From: an uncultured delta proteobacterium
GTDB lineage: Bacteria; Desulfobacterota; Desulfobacteria; Desulfobacterales; JAHEIW01
Length of the DNA stretch: 64,000 nucleotides
Direction: 5' to 3'
Assembly: GCA_963706575.1 (NCBI GenBank)
Contig: CAVPNL010000001.1
Location: 352,001 to 416,000 of the forward strand
Shown here: one piece after another, positions 31,759-41,791 of the stretch
Numbering within the stretch: position 1 is the first letter of the stretch
Layout: every line of letters starts with the position of its first letter
Position numbers and translations under genes: made by a program
The notes under the pieces: generated by a model
Told to the model about the DNA's origin: nothing
The model's input: only the letters and a program-made list of their open reading frames with translations
Databases searched by the model: none

Positions 31759-32816
31759 CTATTTTAAGGTTTTTCTCCAGCCCTTGATAATTTCGATCGC
31801 CTCGGCAGCAGCTGGATCTCTTGCTCCGATTTCGTCCCACAGCTTGAGGGCCGCCGCTTCATGGGCCTTGTCACAGGCATCATCTATCGGGCTGTTGATG
31901 ACTTTGCCGGCTTTTACCAGCTCAGCGACTTTCTTAAGCTCACTGTCATAGATCTTGTTTAAGTCGTGAAAATATTGTTCCGCTGCATCGGCCATTGCTT
32001 TTTTTAGATCATCCGGCAGAGAGTTCCAGGTTTCCATGTTCATCAGGATGTGTCCGGGAACCACGTCGTTTTGCCCGCCCAGTATTCGGTAGGGTGCGAC
32101 CTCATGCCATTTGAGACCGGTTACGGCACTCACATCCCACTGGGAGGCATCGATGGTGCCCAGCTTGAGGCCCATATAAGCTTCCATGCCGCTAATATTC
32201 GTTCCGCGAGCGCCTAATGCATTGTAATAATCGGCCCAGGATCCCTCAACCCTGAATTTTAGTCCCTTCATGTCCGCACAAGAGGTGATTTTTTTGGTGG
32301 ACAAGGTGAAAAGCGGTCCGTAGGAATGGACATCCAGCCAATAGAGCCCCTGTTTGGCGTATTCCTTGCGCAGCAGATCCGCAAACCCGGTTTCCAAAAA
32401 GAAGCTGCGAATTGCTTCCCCGGCCTGGTATACATCCGGTTCTCCGGGAAGGTTATAGGCATAGGGCAGGCCGAATTCCACTTCACCCACCGGAACGATA
32501 CCGCCCCACATGGCAGCCACTGCATGCAGCATGGTCAGCGTGCCTTTCTTGGTCGCTTCGAAGAGCTGTTCACCGGGAACCAGCTCCGGATCGGCAAACA
32601 CCTGGATTTTGATGCGCCCTTTGCTGAGTTTATCCGCAGTCGCTGCAAATTCTTTTAATAACTCCATGGAAAGATCGCCGCGCGGATAGGCAGATTGAAT
32701 CTTCATGCGATAAACTTTTTCGGCTGCGTCGGCAGTTAAACTTCCAAAGGTGATACTGATGACAAAAAATGCCCTATCAGTAAAGCGCCGAGCAGAAATA
32801 CTTTTTTCGCTTTCAT
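31759..32816 (-). CDS. dctP: TRAP substrate-binding protein; one frameshift in the signal peptide (~32773)
   Basis: MKAKKVFLLGALLI/AFFVISITFGSLTADAAEK..., DMKGLKFR, LKLGTIDA. Confidence 0.9.
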
Positions 32817-33144
32817 ATCTTACCTCCTTATTTGATAATTAATGCGTAATTTCAGAAATTGATTTTCTAATTTATCACCCCCCTTGCAATTAAATGAAAC
32901 CCCACAGATATCTACCTGTTTATTAGGCTGTCGTTGGAAATGAACTTAAAAATGCGTGAATATGAATATGCATCATTGATGACAGGGCGGCCACCAGTGC
33001 TGCTCTGCCAATTTGGATCTGCTATATGAATTGTGGTTGCGCTGAATCTATCTGCTTTCAGAAGATTAAGCCTTACGACGAATGAAATTTATTATCTGAT
33101 TTGAGAAAATATATTTAAATTCGTTTATTTCATATCCGCGGCAT

Positions 33145-33564
33145 CTATGTCAACCGGGAAGTTCGGTAGGAGCCGACCACTGCGTCGGCTTCAATTTCCA
33201 CCAGATGATCCGGACGGGCCAGGGCCTTTACTTCTGCCATGGTAATCACGGGCCGGATCTCTTTAAACCATTCAGAGTAAGCTTTAATGTATTCCTGCCC
33301 CCTGGTGATATCGGTGACGTAAAAACGGACTCTGACCACATCCGAGATTCTGGCACCGGCCCGCTTCAACACCGCTTCAATTTTCTGTAGAATTATTTTG
33401 GTTTGCAGATAGGCATCGCCGACGCCCTCTACCTCACCCTCAGCGTTGGTGGTCGTTGTTCCGCCCACAAAGACCATATTTCCGACCCTCACCGCGCGGC
33501 TGTAACCGGCTTTTTCCTCAAAAGGTGCACCGGATGAAAAATTTTGTCTTTTTAATAAATCCAT
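33145..33564 (-). CDS. Rid family imine/enamine deaminase
   Basis: GYSRAVRVG, RPVITMAEV, LVEIEADA. Confidence 0.9.
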   Translation of the reverse strand: MDLLKRQNFSSGAPFEEKAGYSRAVRVGNMVFVGGTTTTNAEGEVEGVGDAYLQTKIILQKIEAVLKRAGARISDVVRVRFYVTDITRGQEYIKAYSEWFKEIRPVITMAEVKALARPDHLVEIEADAVVGSYRTSRLT

Positions 33565-33625
33565 TGCTCGGCTGCCGCCCTTTCAGTCATACAATCCGGA
33601 TTCCTTATCCTCTGACTTTGAAATC

Positions 33626-35086
33626 TTATGCCCTTTTTTCAGTCCCATAGCGGTATCGCAGATCATCGGTCATCACGCAGCGTCGAATCTGGGTAAATAT
33701 TCTGGGCCGGGTGTGTCCTTCGCCATTGGTGGCGATATGAAATGAAACAAATCCTTCACCGGTAACGCCAACGCCGCCGAGGCCGCAGGCCCCATTTTTA
33801 ACAAATGAGGCACAGCGCGCTTTGCTGGCCATTTTCTGGATGTTGGTAATGCTGTTGGAATGGATGGCCATGGTGTGGCCCATATTTTGCTCGGCGGCCA
33901 ATGCCCATTCGATGGCCTGATCGACATTCGCACAACGGACCAGTGGCAGGACCGGCATAATCTGTTCGGTCCAAACCAGGGGATGATTTTGGTCGGTTTC
34001 CAGAATGACGATTTGGGCATCGTTTCCCACTTCCAGGCCGATGGAGTTGAGTATGAATCCCGGCGTTTTGCCGATAAAGTCCATATTAATAACGCCCGGT
34101 TCAGCCGGTCCTTTGACTTCCTTGAAGATATGTTTGAGCAGCTTTTTGCCCTGATCCGCAGAAATTTCGTAGGCGCCGTATTTTTTTAGATGTTCTTTAA
34201 GTTGTTCCGCCGCGGATTCAACGACAAAAATTTCCTTTTCACTGGCGCAGGCGGTACAATTTGAAAAGGAAGCGCCCTGGATAATGCATTTTGCTGCACG
34301 GTCCAGATCCGCTGTTTCGTCAACCACAACCGGAGGATTACCGGGCCCACCGGCGATAACGCGTTTGCCGGTTGAGGTCGCAAAGTCGACCACCCCATGG
34401 CCGCCGGTTACCGCAATCATGCCGACGTCTGGATGGGTCATCAGCTCTTGGGCGGAGGGCACCGTCGGTTCTTCCAGGCAGCAGATGCAATTTGGCGGTC
34501 CCCCGGCGTTTACGATGGCATGGTTCAGATCCCGAATGACGCGGGCGGATACCTTCTTAGTTTTGGGGTGAGGATTATCGATTACCGTGTTGCCGCCGGA
34601 CATCATCATAATGGCATTGAAAATTATGGTGGGAGCGCCGTTGGTGACCGGATTAACCGAGGCAATCACGCCGATCGGCAGTCGTTCTATAATGGTGACA
34701 CCCTTATCACCGGCATAGACCTCGGGAGTTAGATCCTCCATTCCCGGCACATTGCAGGCAGAGCGGACCTTGGCCACATTGTCGTCCGGTTTGCCCAGCC
34801 CGGTTTCTTCAAATTCCATGCGGCCGTATTCATCAGCATTGGCCAGACCGGTTTCGCGAATGGCCTGGATGAACCTCCGGCGGTCTTCAACCGGTGCATC
34901 CAACAGTTTTTTCTGAGCGCTGACAGCCGCATTTATGCAGGTTCCCATGTCCCGGAAAACGCCGTCGCCTGCAGCCGGCTTTTTTTTAGAGGGATTTTCC
35001 ATCTGATGGTCATCGATATTCTGCTCGGCAAGCTTTGCAATAACCTTTTCCACGATTTGGGTGACAACTTTTTCATCAAAATCCAT
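33626..35086 (-). CDS. CoA-acylating aldehyde dehydrogenase (EutE/PduP family) with N-terminal encapsulation peptide
   Basis: PVTN, GPGNPPVVVDETAD, GASFSNCTACASEK, MPVLP, HTMAIHS, RRCV; N-terminus FDEKVVTQIVEKVIAKL. Confidence 0.92.
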   Translation of the reverse strand: MDFDEKVVTQIVEKVIAKLAEQNIDDHQMENPSKKKPAAGDGVFRDMGTCINAAVSAQKKLLDAPVEDRRRFIQAIRETGLANADEYGRMEFEETGLGKPDDNVAKVRSACNVPGMEDLTPEVYAGDKGVTIIERLPIGVIASVNPVTNGAPTIIFNAIMMMSGGNTVIDNPHPKTKKVSARVIRDLNHAIVNAGGPPNCICCLEEPTVPSAQELMTHPDVGMIAVTGGHGVVDFATSTGKRVIAGGPGNPPVVVDETADLDRAAKCIIQGASFSNCTACASEKEIFVVESAAEQLKEHLKKYGAYEISADQGKKLLKHIFKEVKGPAEPGVINMDFIGKTPGFILNSIGLEVGNDAQIVILETDQNHPLVWTEQIMPVLPLVRCANVDQAIEWALAAEQNMGHTMAIHSNSITNIQKMASKARCASFVKNGACGLGGVGVTGEGFVSFHIATNGEGHTRPRIFTQIRRCVMTDDLRYRYGTEKRA

Positions 35087-35140
35087 GTGGCTTCTCTTTC
35101 CTTTTAAATAAAAATCGCTTCGCGTCTCGTTACACAGAGA

Positions 35141-36064
35141 TCAGCTGTCGTTATAATAATCCTTATTTAGCGGATCATAATCTGCCAGCTCTTCTTTTTC
35201 CTCTGAAAAGAAATCCTGCCGTCTTCTGACACCGTCTTCAATTCTCGACAGGCGCTCGGCGGTGGCATCTTTGTCCGTGTATGCGATTTCATGAACCAGG
35301 GCACCTAAAAAGGTAATGATATGTGAAAAGGGATCAATAAATGAAAAGCCTTCCATATCGACAACGACATAGTGATCCGCCAGATTAATTATGGGTGACT
35401 TCAAGGCGTCGCTCAAGCAAACCACCTGGGCCTGATACTGTTTGGCGTACTCAATGATTTCAATGGCCCGCATGGGATAGCGCGGAAAGGCAATCACAAA
35501 CAACAGCAAGGACTTACCATGCACCGCGATGTGATCCAGATTGTCGGAGGTATAAGCCGTGTCGATCAGCACCCCTTCTTTGATTTTTTTTAAGAGATAT
35601 CCCAAATAAAAGGCCAGGGAGGCTGAGGCTTTATAGCCGACCACCAGGACCGATTCTGCCTGAAAAATCATTTGCGCAAGATTTTTTATCTCTGCTTCGG
35701 AAACCGATTTCACCATATTTTCCAGGTTCGTTACCGTGTTTTGGCTGTACGCGTTTAACGTGTTAGTTGTTTTGGTTTCCGGGTCAACTTTCAGCAGCCT
35801 TTCTACACTGGTCAATTCATCGCGCAGCATTCCCTTAAGATATTGCTCAAATTCACCGTAACCGTTGAAACCCAAATCCATCACGAAACGGGTGATGGTG
35901 GGCTCACTCACCTGGCATTTTTGAGCGATTTCCTTGGCGGTTGTCAAAAAAAGCCGTTTGTAATCCTCCATCATAAAGTCCGCCACCCGGCGTTTTTTGG
36001 GTGACAGGCTGGGACGAATGCGGACAATTTGTTCAAAAAGCTCTTTTCTGACGGTTTCAATCAT
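35141..36064 (-). CDS. RpiR/MurR family transcriptional regulator
   Basis: LSPKKRRVADF, VSEPTITRF..LGFNGY, SIS domain FPRYP. Confidence 0.92.
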   Translation of the reverse strand: MIETVRKELFEQIVRIRPSLSPKKRRVADFMMEDYKRLFLTTAKEIAQKCQVSEPTITRFVMDLGFNGYGEFEQYLKGMLRDELTSVERLLKVDPETKTTNTLNAYSQNTVTNLENMVKSVSEAEIKNLAQMIFQAESVLVVGYKASASLAFYLGYLLKKIKEGVLIDTAYTSDNLDHIAVHGKSLLLFVIAFPRYPMRAIEIIEYAKQYQAQVVCLSDALKSPIINLADHYVVVDMEGFSFIDPFSHIITFLGALVHEIAYTDKDATAERLSRIEDGVRRRQDFFSEEKEELADYDPLNKDYYNDS

Positions 36065-36087
36065 ATTTTAGCTCATTTTATATTTTT

Positions 36088-36708
36088 CTAGTGCTCACGC
36101 CCGGACAAGGCAGCCAGGGCTGACTCTGCCGCCAGTTTACCACTGAGGACATCCGATGGCTCACCGGCGAAGTAAACCCGGCCGCTGGCACCATATACCG
36201 TGACATGATTGAGGGTGATATTGGCTGCCTTTTCGGCTTCATTGGCAGCATATCCGGCATATCCGGCCGGGACGACTTCCAGAATATAAAGGGTTTCATC
36301 GCTTAGCGATAGACTGGCAGCCCGAAACCGGTTTACGATTTGGCTCATATGCGGATCGATTCGTTCGACGGTCTCGGTGGCTAGGATCTTGGGTTTAAGA
36401 CGGTCGGTTTCTTTGCAACCCAGATAATCCAGGATAACCTCGCCGGCCTGTTTCACATCGGCGGGCGAATCGGCGTGAACCTCCAGCATGCCATAGGTTC
36501 TTTCCACTACCAGCGCCCCGGGCCGCACATTGGACCTTTTCATGACCGCATCGGTGATTGAGTTAATCTCAATGCCCGGCGCGATTTCCACAAAAAGGGC
36601 AGCCTGACCGGTTATCGGATAATAGCCGCGTGAGGTCGAGCCGATATAACCGACCATCTGTTTTTGTAATTGATCGATGTAGGCAAATGCTCTAAGATCT
36701 ATCTTCAT
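36088..36708 (-). CDS. BMC-T shell protein, CcmP/CsoS1D-type (double-stacking)
   Basis: LRAFAYIDQLQ, VEIAPG, VERTYGMLEVH, ANEAEKAA, GASGR. Confidence 0.9.
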   Translation of the reverse strand: MKIDLRAFAYIDQLQKQMVGYIGSTSRGYYPITGQAALFVEIAPGIEINSITDAVMKRSNVRPGALVVERTYGMLEVHADSPADVKQAGEVILDYLGCKETDRLKPKILATETVERIDPHMSQIVNRFRAASLSLSDETLYILEVVPAGYAGYAANEAEKAANITLNHVTVYGASGRVYFAGEPSDVLSGKLAAESALAALSGREH

Positions 36709-36711
36709 AAT

Positions 36712-37917
36712 TTATATGCTCTTCAGCCATTCGCGTTTGTTCGGACAGACAGCCGTTATGGTGGTACAGGCTGCATTTCCCTGACAGGCGCACTCTTTGT
36801 CGCCGCCCTTGCTGAATCGGCCGTAACAGAAATCGGTAATGGGTATCGACGGTTGACAATCCATGATCAGTTGGCTGATCAGCCGGCCGATTACCGGGGC
36901 CAATCCGAAGCCGTGGCCGCTAAAGCCGGTGGCAAAAACAAAACCGGGGACTTCTTCTGCAAAGCCTAACACCGGCAGGGCGTCTGACATCTGGGCGATA
37001 AGGCCTGACCACATCCGAATCACGTTTAAATTCTTCAGTATCGGGAAATAATCAATAACCATCTCGGAAATCGCCGGCCCGATGAAATGAAACAGCGGCT
37101 TGCCTTCGCGATGGATGAATTGTTCGGTGCCGACAAATCCTCCCCAAAAGAAGGAACCGTGTCCGGTTTGCCGGCCGTAAAACAACCCTTTGGCATGTCC
37201 GACCATCTGCTGAAATAACGGAGGGTAGGGCTCAGTAATCAGGGCCTCGGAAAATACAGGTCGCATCGGCAAATCCAGGCCGGCCATGTTGGCCACTTTT
37301 CGTCCGGCTACACCGGCGGCATCCACCACCAGGTCAGTTTCAAAAATGTGCTTATCGGTTACCACACCGCTAATTTTACTTTTTTTTAGTCGAACCTCCA
37401 TGACTTCTTCATGCGTAAAAAACCGGGCCCCGAGATTCTTGGCCTTTTTAAAAAAGCCGTAAGTGACCAAAAACGGATTGACATGACCGTCCGTGGGGCA
37501 GAAACTGGCACCGAGAACCTTCTCTCCGATATGAGGATTAATTTCCAACACCTGTTTGCGATCCAGCATCGTCAGCTCGAGTCCAACAGTCTTTTGGTTT
37601 TCTACCGACTGACGCATGGTTTCCAGCTCTTCTTCTGAAGTGCAGAGCCGCAGATTGCCCGCCCTTACATATTCCACATCCATATCCAGTTCTTCATGGA
37701 GGTGGCCGTATATCTGTATGCTTTCCATGGCCAACGGCATTTCTTTAAGATTGCGTGCAGACTGGCGTACACCACCGCCATTGCTGCCAGATGCTTCTCC
37801 ACCGATGTCTGATTTTTCAATCACCACCGGTTTCAGGCCTTCTTTGGCCAGATTGTAAGCGATGGCGCAGCCCATCACGCCTCCGCCGATTATAACTGCA
37901 TCTGCTTTTTCAGGCAT
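36712..37917 (-). CDS. FAD-dependent amine/amino-acid dehydrogenase (sarcosine oxidase beta / proline dehydrogenase beta-like)
   Basis: IIGGGVMG, ASGSNGGGVR, DGHVNP, WSG, GFSGHGFGLAP. Confidence 0.9.
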   Translation of the reverse strand: MPEKADAVIIGGGVMGCAIAYNLAKEGLKPVVIEKSDIGGEASGSNGGGVRQSARNLKEMPLAMESIQIYGHLHEELDMDVEYVRAGNLRLCTSEEELETMRQSVENQKTVGLELTMLDRKQVLEINPHIGEKVLGASFCPTDGHVNPFLVTYGFFKKAKNLGARFFTHEEVMEVRLKKSKISGVVTDKHIFETDLVVDAAGVAGRKVANMAGLDLPMRPVFSEALITEPYPPLFQQMVGHAKGLFYGRQTGHGSFFWGGFVGTEQFIHREGKPLFHFIGPAISEMVIDYFPILKNLNVIRMWSGLIAQMSDALPVLGFAEEVPGFVFATGFSGHGFGLAPVIGRLISQLIMDCQPSIPITDFCYGRFSKGGDKECACQGNAACTTITAVCPNKREWLKSI

Positions 37918-38007
37918 CTGTTCTCCTGTTTGAAACGTCAGGAATTCAATATTCGCTATTCGTTATTCAAAATCTTTTAAAACAATTAAAGATGTGACAA
38001 TTAAAAA

Positions 38008-38688
38008 CTAGCTATTGGCAAATGCGGACAACCTCAGCGGCCGTACCGGCCCTCTGGCGGTTGTCGGCTCTATTTCGGCAAGGCTCAATCCCAATTCTTC
38101 AGCCAGGATCTGGCTTACAAGGCGCTGACAGGTTTGCCCCTGGCACAGCCCCATTCCGGCCCGGGTGATCCGTTTAATGCCGTTTAGGGTTTGCATGCCA
38201 TTGCGAATGGCGTCTTTAATTACGCCTTTGGTAATTTCTTCACAGCGGCATATGATCATATCATCGTCATCCGATGGGATTTGTCGGGATTCAGTCGATG
38301 TCTCCTTTTTACGATTCGGTTTATCCGGTTCACGCCCTTTCAGCTGTTTAATTCGTTCGACAACCCGATTGGCAAGGGCCTCGATGGCTTCTTCTGAGAA
38401 TTGGCCACCCGATATGCCCGGCGCATGGCTTTTCGATGGTCTGTTAGCAGAGGTAGGCCGGGTAGATCGGTGCATCTTTGCTTTTTTACCAGCCGGCTGT
38501 TTAGCCGGCTGAATTGCCGCAGTCAGCGATACGGCTCCTGGAGGCGTGGTTTTGATGTGGAGCTGATGTTCTTTAATCAAATCAGCGGCGGCGGCAGATA
38601 GAATTGCACCCTCGGGAACCTCAATTTCTTTGTTAGCGCCATCGATGATTTGTTTTACCTGCTGTGAGAATATGAATACACGGGCCAT
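38008..38688 (-). CDS. BFD-like [2Fe-2S] subunit with encapsulation peptide and EutQ-N-like module
   Basis: ICRCEEIT...GMGLCQGQTC...RGPVRP; internal amphipathic helix SEEAIEALANRVVERIKQL. Confidence 0.85.
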   Translation of the reverse strand: MARVFIFSQQVKQIIDGANKEIEVPEGAILSAAAADLIKEHQLHIKTTPPGAVSLTAAIQPAKQPAGKKAKMHRSTRPTSANRPSKSHAPGISGGQFSEEAIEALANRVVERIKQLKGREPDKPNRKKETSTESRQIPSDDDDMIICRCEEITKGVIKDAIRNGMQTLNGIKRITRAGMGLCQGQTCQRLVSQILAEELGLSLAEIEPTTARGPVRPLRLSAFANS

Positions 38689-38700
38689 TTAGTTCTCCCT

Positions 38701-39318
38701 TTATGGTGTTCGACCTTTTATCTTTCCAAGTGTTTCGACGACTTTTTGGGCTGCCGCCTGAATTTCCGACTCGGTGCCGGCCATATAGATGCGTCCGGAA
38801 GCCCCAAAAAAACGGATATCAACCAGCCGGACACCGCAATGCTTCTCAGCTTCATTGGCAGCGATGGATGAATAGGCCGCCGGTGTGACCTCCAGCAGAT
38901 AGACATCGTCACCGCCTAAAATCAACATTCCCTTGCTGTTGCGGTTGATAATCACCGCCTGGTATGGATCAATTTTATTGATGATGCTGGTTGCCAGAAC
39001 ACTGGGCGCCAGACGTTCTTCCTCTTTGAGCCCCAGCTCATCCAATATCATGCTGCCGGCATGCAGAACTTCTGCCTGTTCAAACGAGTGGATTTCCAGC
39101 ATGCCATAGCGTCTTTCAACAATCATTTCCCCGGGTTTTGAATTGGTGGCCTTGAGCGCAATATCCGACAAGCGGTTGATCTCGACGCCGGGGACGACCT
39201 CCACGAAAAGGGAAGCCATGCCCTCTACAGAAAGAAAACCTCGACAGGCGCTTGCAAACAAAGATGCAAACTGGGGTTGCAACCGATCCAGATAGCAATA
39301 GGCTCTGAGTTCAGCCAT
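38701..39318 (-). CDS. Second CcmP/CsoS1D-type BMC-T shell protein
   Basis: ELRAYCYLDRLQPQ, VERRYGMLEIH, ANEAEK, GASGR. Confidence 0.9.
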   Translation of the reverse strand: MAELRAYCYLDRLQPQFASLFASACRGFLSVEGMASLFVEVVPGVEINRLSDIALKATNSKPGEMIVERRYGMLEIHSFEQAEVLHAGSMILDELGLKEEERLAPSVLATSIINKIDPYQAVIINRNSKGMLILGGDDVYLLEVTPAAYSSIAANEAEKHCGVRLVDIRFFGASGRIYMAGTESEIQAAAQKVVETLGKIKGRTP

Positions 39319-39360
39319 TCATTTGTCTCCTTGGTAGCAGTTTAATATCTCCATCTAATG

Positions 39361-39516
39361 TTGATAATCTCGTAAAAAGTTAGAAAAGCAGCTGTTTACG
39401 AGTGTGTTTTGTATTTGGTGTTTAGTGTTTAGTATTCTAACATGCCGATATAGCATCATCTATTTCATGCCAAACACCAAACACTTGATGAATTCGGCTT
39501 TTTACGAATTCATCAA
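39361..39516. mobile_element. MITE-like element
   Basis: Imperfect terminal inverted repeats TTGATAATCTCGTAAAAAG / CTTTTTACGAATTCATCAA; internal 7-nt-period repeats. Confidence 0.6.
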
Positions 39517-40349
39517 TGTTCAGTCTTAATAATTTGAATCGAATACTCCTTCGCTAAATCCCGGGCCAATGGTGTCACGATTCCCCCGGGTGCCAGCGTG
39601 ATTGCATTCTGGTTTTCAGCAACGGCCATATAAATTACTTTGGCTGTAACCAGTTTTATCGCACCGGTGCTATTTTCTGTTTGCGTTTTAATTGTTGCGG
39701 GTGAAGGGATGGGGACGGTTTTGGCTGGTTTAATACCGGATAACATTTTCTGAAATGTTGAATGTAATTGATCTGTTGGACAAAAAACCATCCCGAAGCT
39801 CTCAAGTTTTCTTAAAATTTGGTCGATTTCACTGCGCAGGGCTTCATTGGCAAGGATGTCACACACCAGAAATCCGTCGCTGGCAGCCAGAACCCGTTTG
39901 CCCTGCAGCAATGCGGTGAACACGATACCGGACTCTTGATCATCACAGATCAGGCTGGCGATTTTGGCGGCTGTTTTCAGACAGAAGGTGGGTAAAACCA
40001 GTATATCGGCCTTTTGCAAAGCCTTCTCCAACCCCGCCGGTTTGACCGTATCCAAAATACATTTGATGCCGGCGCCCTCTTTGACATCGGCGCCGCAAAC
40101 CCAGGAACGGGCAGATTCAACCGTATAGACGCTGGACCGGCGGGCGGTCTCTTCTATTTTTTGGATCTGTGCAAGTGCCTGATCCAATTTGCGGACACCG
40201 GCATGAAAAATATTTAATACCGCCGGCCCTTTGCCGGGGGAATCTACAGGTCGGGACGGCGGGTTGCGCGATGATCCTTTGGGCAAGCCGGTTTCGTTGA
40301 GAACCTGTCGAACGATTTTGCTGATTTCTTTTTTGAGCTTATCCGTCAT
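39513..40349 (-). CDS. BMC-associated flavoprotein-like protein with N-terminal encapsulation peptide
   Basis: LKKEISKIVRQVLNE; ADILVLP..KTAAKIA..ALLQGKRVLA; C-terminal GIVTPLARDLA. Confidence 0.75.
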   Translation of the reverse strand: MTDKLKKEISKIVRQVLNETGLPKGSSRNPPSRPVDSPGKGPAVLNIFHAGVRKLDQALAQIQKIEETARRSSVYTVESARSWVCGADVKEGAGIKCILDTVKPAGLEKALQKADILVLPTFCLKTAAKIASLICDDQESGIVFTALLQGKRVLAASDGFLVCDILANEALRSEIDQILRKLESFGMVFCPTDQLHSTFQKMLSGIKPAKTVPIPSPATIKTQTENSTGAIKLVTAKVIYMAVAENQNAITLAPGGIVTPLARDLAKEYSIQIIKTEH

Positions 40350-40388
40350 AATTTCCTTAAAATCTCCGGCAAACGGCTGCCGAATTCA

Positions 40389-41228
40389 TCACGCCTGCAT
40401 ATTGGCGGTCGCCGTATCCCGGCAGGATAACGCGATGCCGAAGGGGGTGATGAATTGAGGAATATGCGGCCGAAACGTTTCCATACCGATGTTTTCGGCG
40501 ACGATATCTGCAAAGCCCCGCAATTCACATGTTCCGCCCACCAGACAGACTTTTTCCAGATTATCGAATTCTGCTAAATAGGAAGCCGCGATACTGGCAA
40601 TTTTTTCGATAACCGGCTGAACGATTGCCAGAACTTCCCCGTTTTTCTGGGGATTCGTTTTTATTTTCTCAGCCTGTTCGTAGTTGATTTTTTGATTGCC
40701 CGCCAAAACGAGAGACAGATGAACACCTCCTGTGGCTTCGTCATTGGAATAAATGACTTCTCCATTTTTGATAACGGCAACTCCTGTTGTGCCGCCGCCC
40801 ACATCGACAATGGCCCCGTTTTCGATTTTAAGGACCTGATTGGCGGCTGTGGGCTCATCCAAGACATTGAGCACTTCCAAACCGACCCCCTCCAGGATAT
40901 GGGTGGTGGTTCTAAGGTTGGCGGATTCGGTCTGCGGCGGGTAGGATGTCGCGCCTCTTTCGATCGGCACAGGGCTGTGCTTTCTGATTTCTTCCATCAG
41001 CTCGCGGACGGTGTTCAAGGCCCCGACATAATCGACAATCATACCGCTGCGGGCGACTTCGGTCCGGCGCATGTTGGCCGCCCGCGGCGTGCCGGTTTCA
41101 TCGATAATGATGGCGATGGTTTTATAGGTTCCCACATCAACACCGGCATATAACTGCTCGGCACCGGCAAAATTCCAGTTGTCCGGCCGGTTTACAAGTT
41201 GGCTGAGCATGTTGATCGCATCCGTCAT
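40389..41228 (-). CDS. eutJ: EutJ actin/Hsp70-like BMC protein
   Basis: GVDVGT, VDYVGA, DEPTAAN, DVGGGTTG, EATGGVH, LVGGT, TPFGIA. Confidence 0.93.
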   Translation of the reverse strand: MTDAINMLSQLVNRPDNWNFAGAEQLYAGVDVGTYKTIAIIIDETGTPRAANMRRTEVARSGMIVDYVGALNTVRELMEEIRKHSPVPIERGATSYPPQTESANLRTTTHILEGVGLEVLNVLDEPTAANQVLKIENGAIVDVGGGTTGVAVIKNGEVIYSNDEATGGVHLSLVLAGNQKINYEQAEKIKTNPQKNGEVLAIVQPVIEKIASIAASYLAEFDNLEKVCLVGGTCELRGFADIVAENIGMETFRPHIPQFITPFGIALSCRDTATANMQA

Positions 41229-41779
41229 AAAATACTCCTGGAAATTTCATCAGTGGGCGAGGGGATTACCACATGGCTCAAAACCAACCCGGTGCCTTCC
41301 AGAATATCAATGCCGGCTTCTACCGCCGCCTCTACCGAATCCACACTGCCGGTTAAATATAAAAATGACTTTCCGCCCAGGCCGGTGGCGCAACGTATTT
41401 CAATGATTTCGACATTCGCCGCTTTAACTCCGGCATCGGCGGCCATAATCGAAGAGGCCACCGAGAATGTTTCAATAATTCCCAGTGAATCGACGCGTTT
41501 AATCCTGGTGGTCGCGGTGATGGCTGCAAATATGGAAGCATGCACATTGGGAATCACGAAATCATCTACCAGAAATTCCCCGGCCACCGCCTTGCCCACT
41601 TCATTTGCGCGTTCGATAGAGTCCACATCGCCGGAAACCATCACCATGTATTTTCCGGCGCAAATGGGTTGGGCGAAAACCAGCTCGACATCGGCCGCTT
41701 TCAGCATTTCATCGCCGGCCGCCACGCCCTTGGCGATACTGTTCAGTTCGATCATGGCAATTGCTTTGAGCTCTTCCAT
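41225..41779 (-). CDS. PduT-like tandem BMC shell protein
   Basis: IELNSIAKG..DEMLK, PICAGKY, GLGGK, VIPSP. Confidence 0.9.
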   Translation of the reverse strand: MEELKAIAMIELNSIAKGVAAGDEMLKAADVELVFAQPICAGKYMVMVSGDVDSIERANEVGKAVAGEFLVDDFVIPNVHASIFAAITATTRIKRVDSLGIIETFSVASSIMAADAGVKAANVEIIEIRCATGLGGKSFLYLTGSVDSVEAAVEAGIDILEGTGLVLSHVVIPSPTDEISRSIL

Positions 41780-41791
41780 TTTTTATATCCG

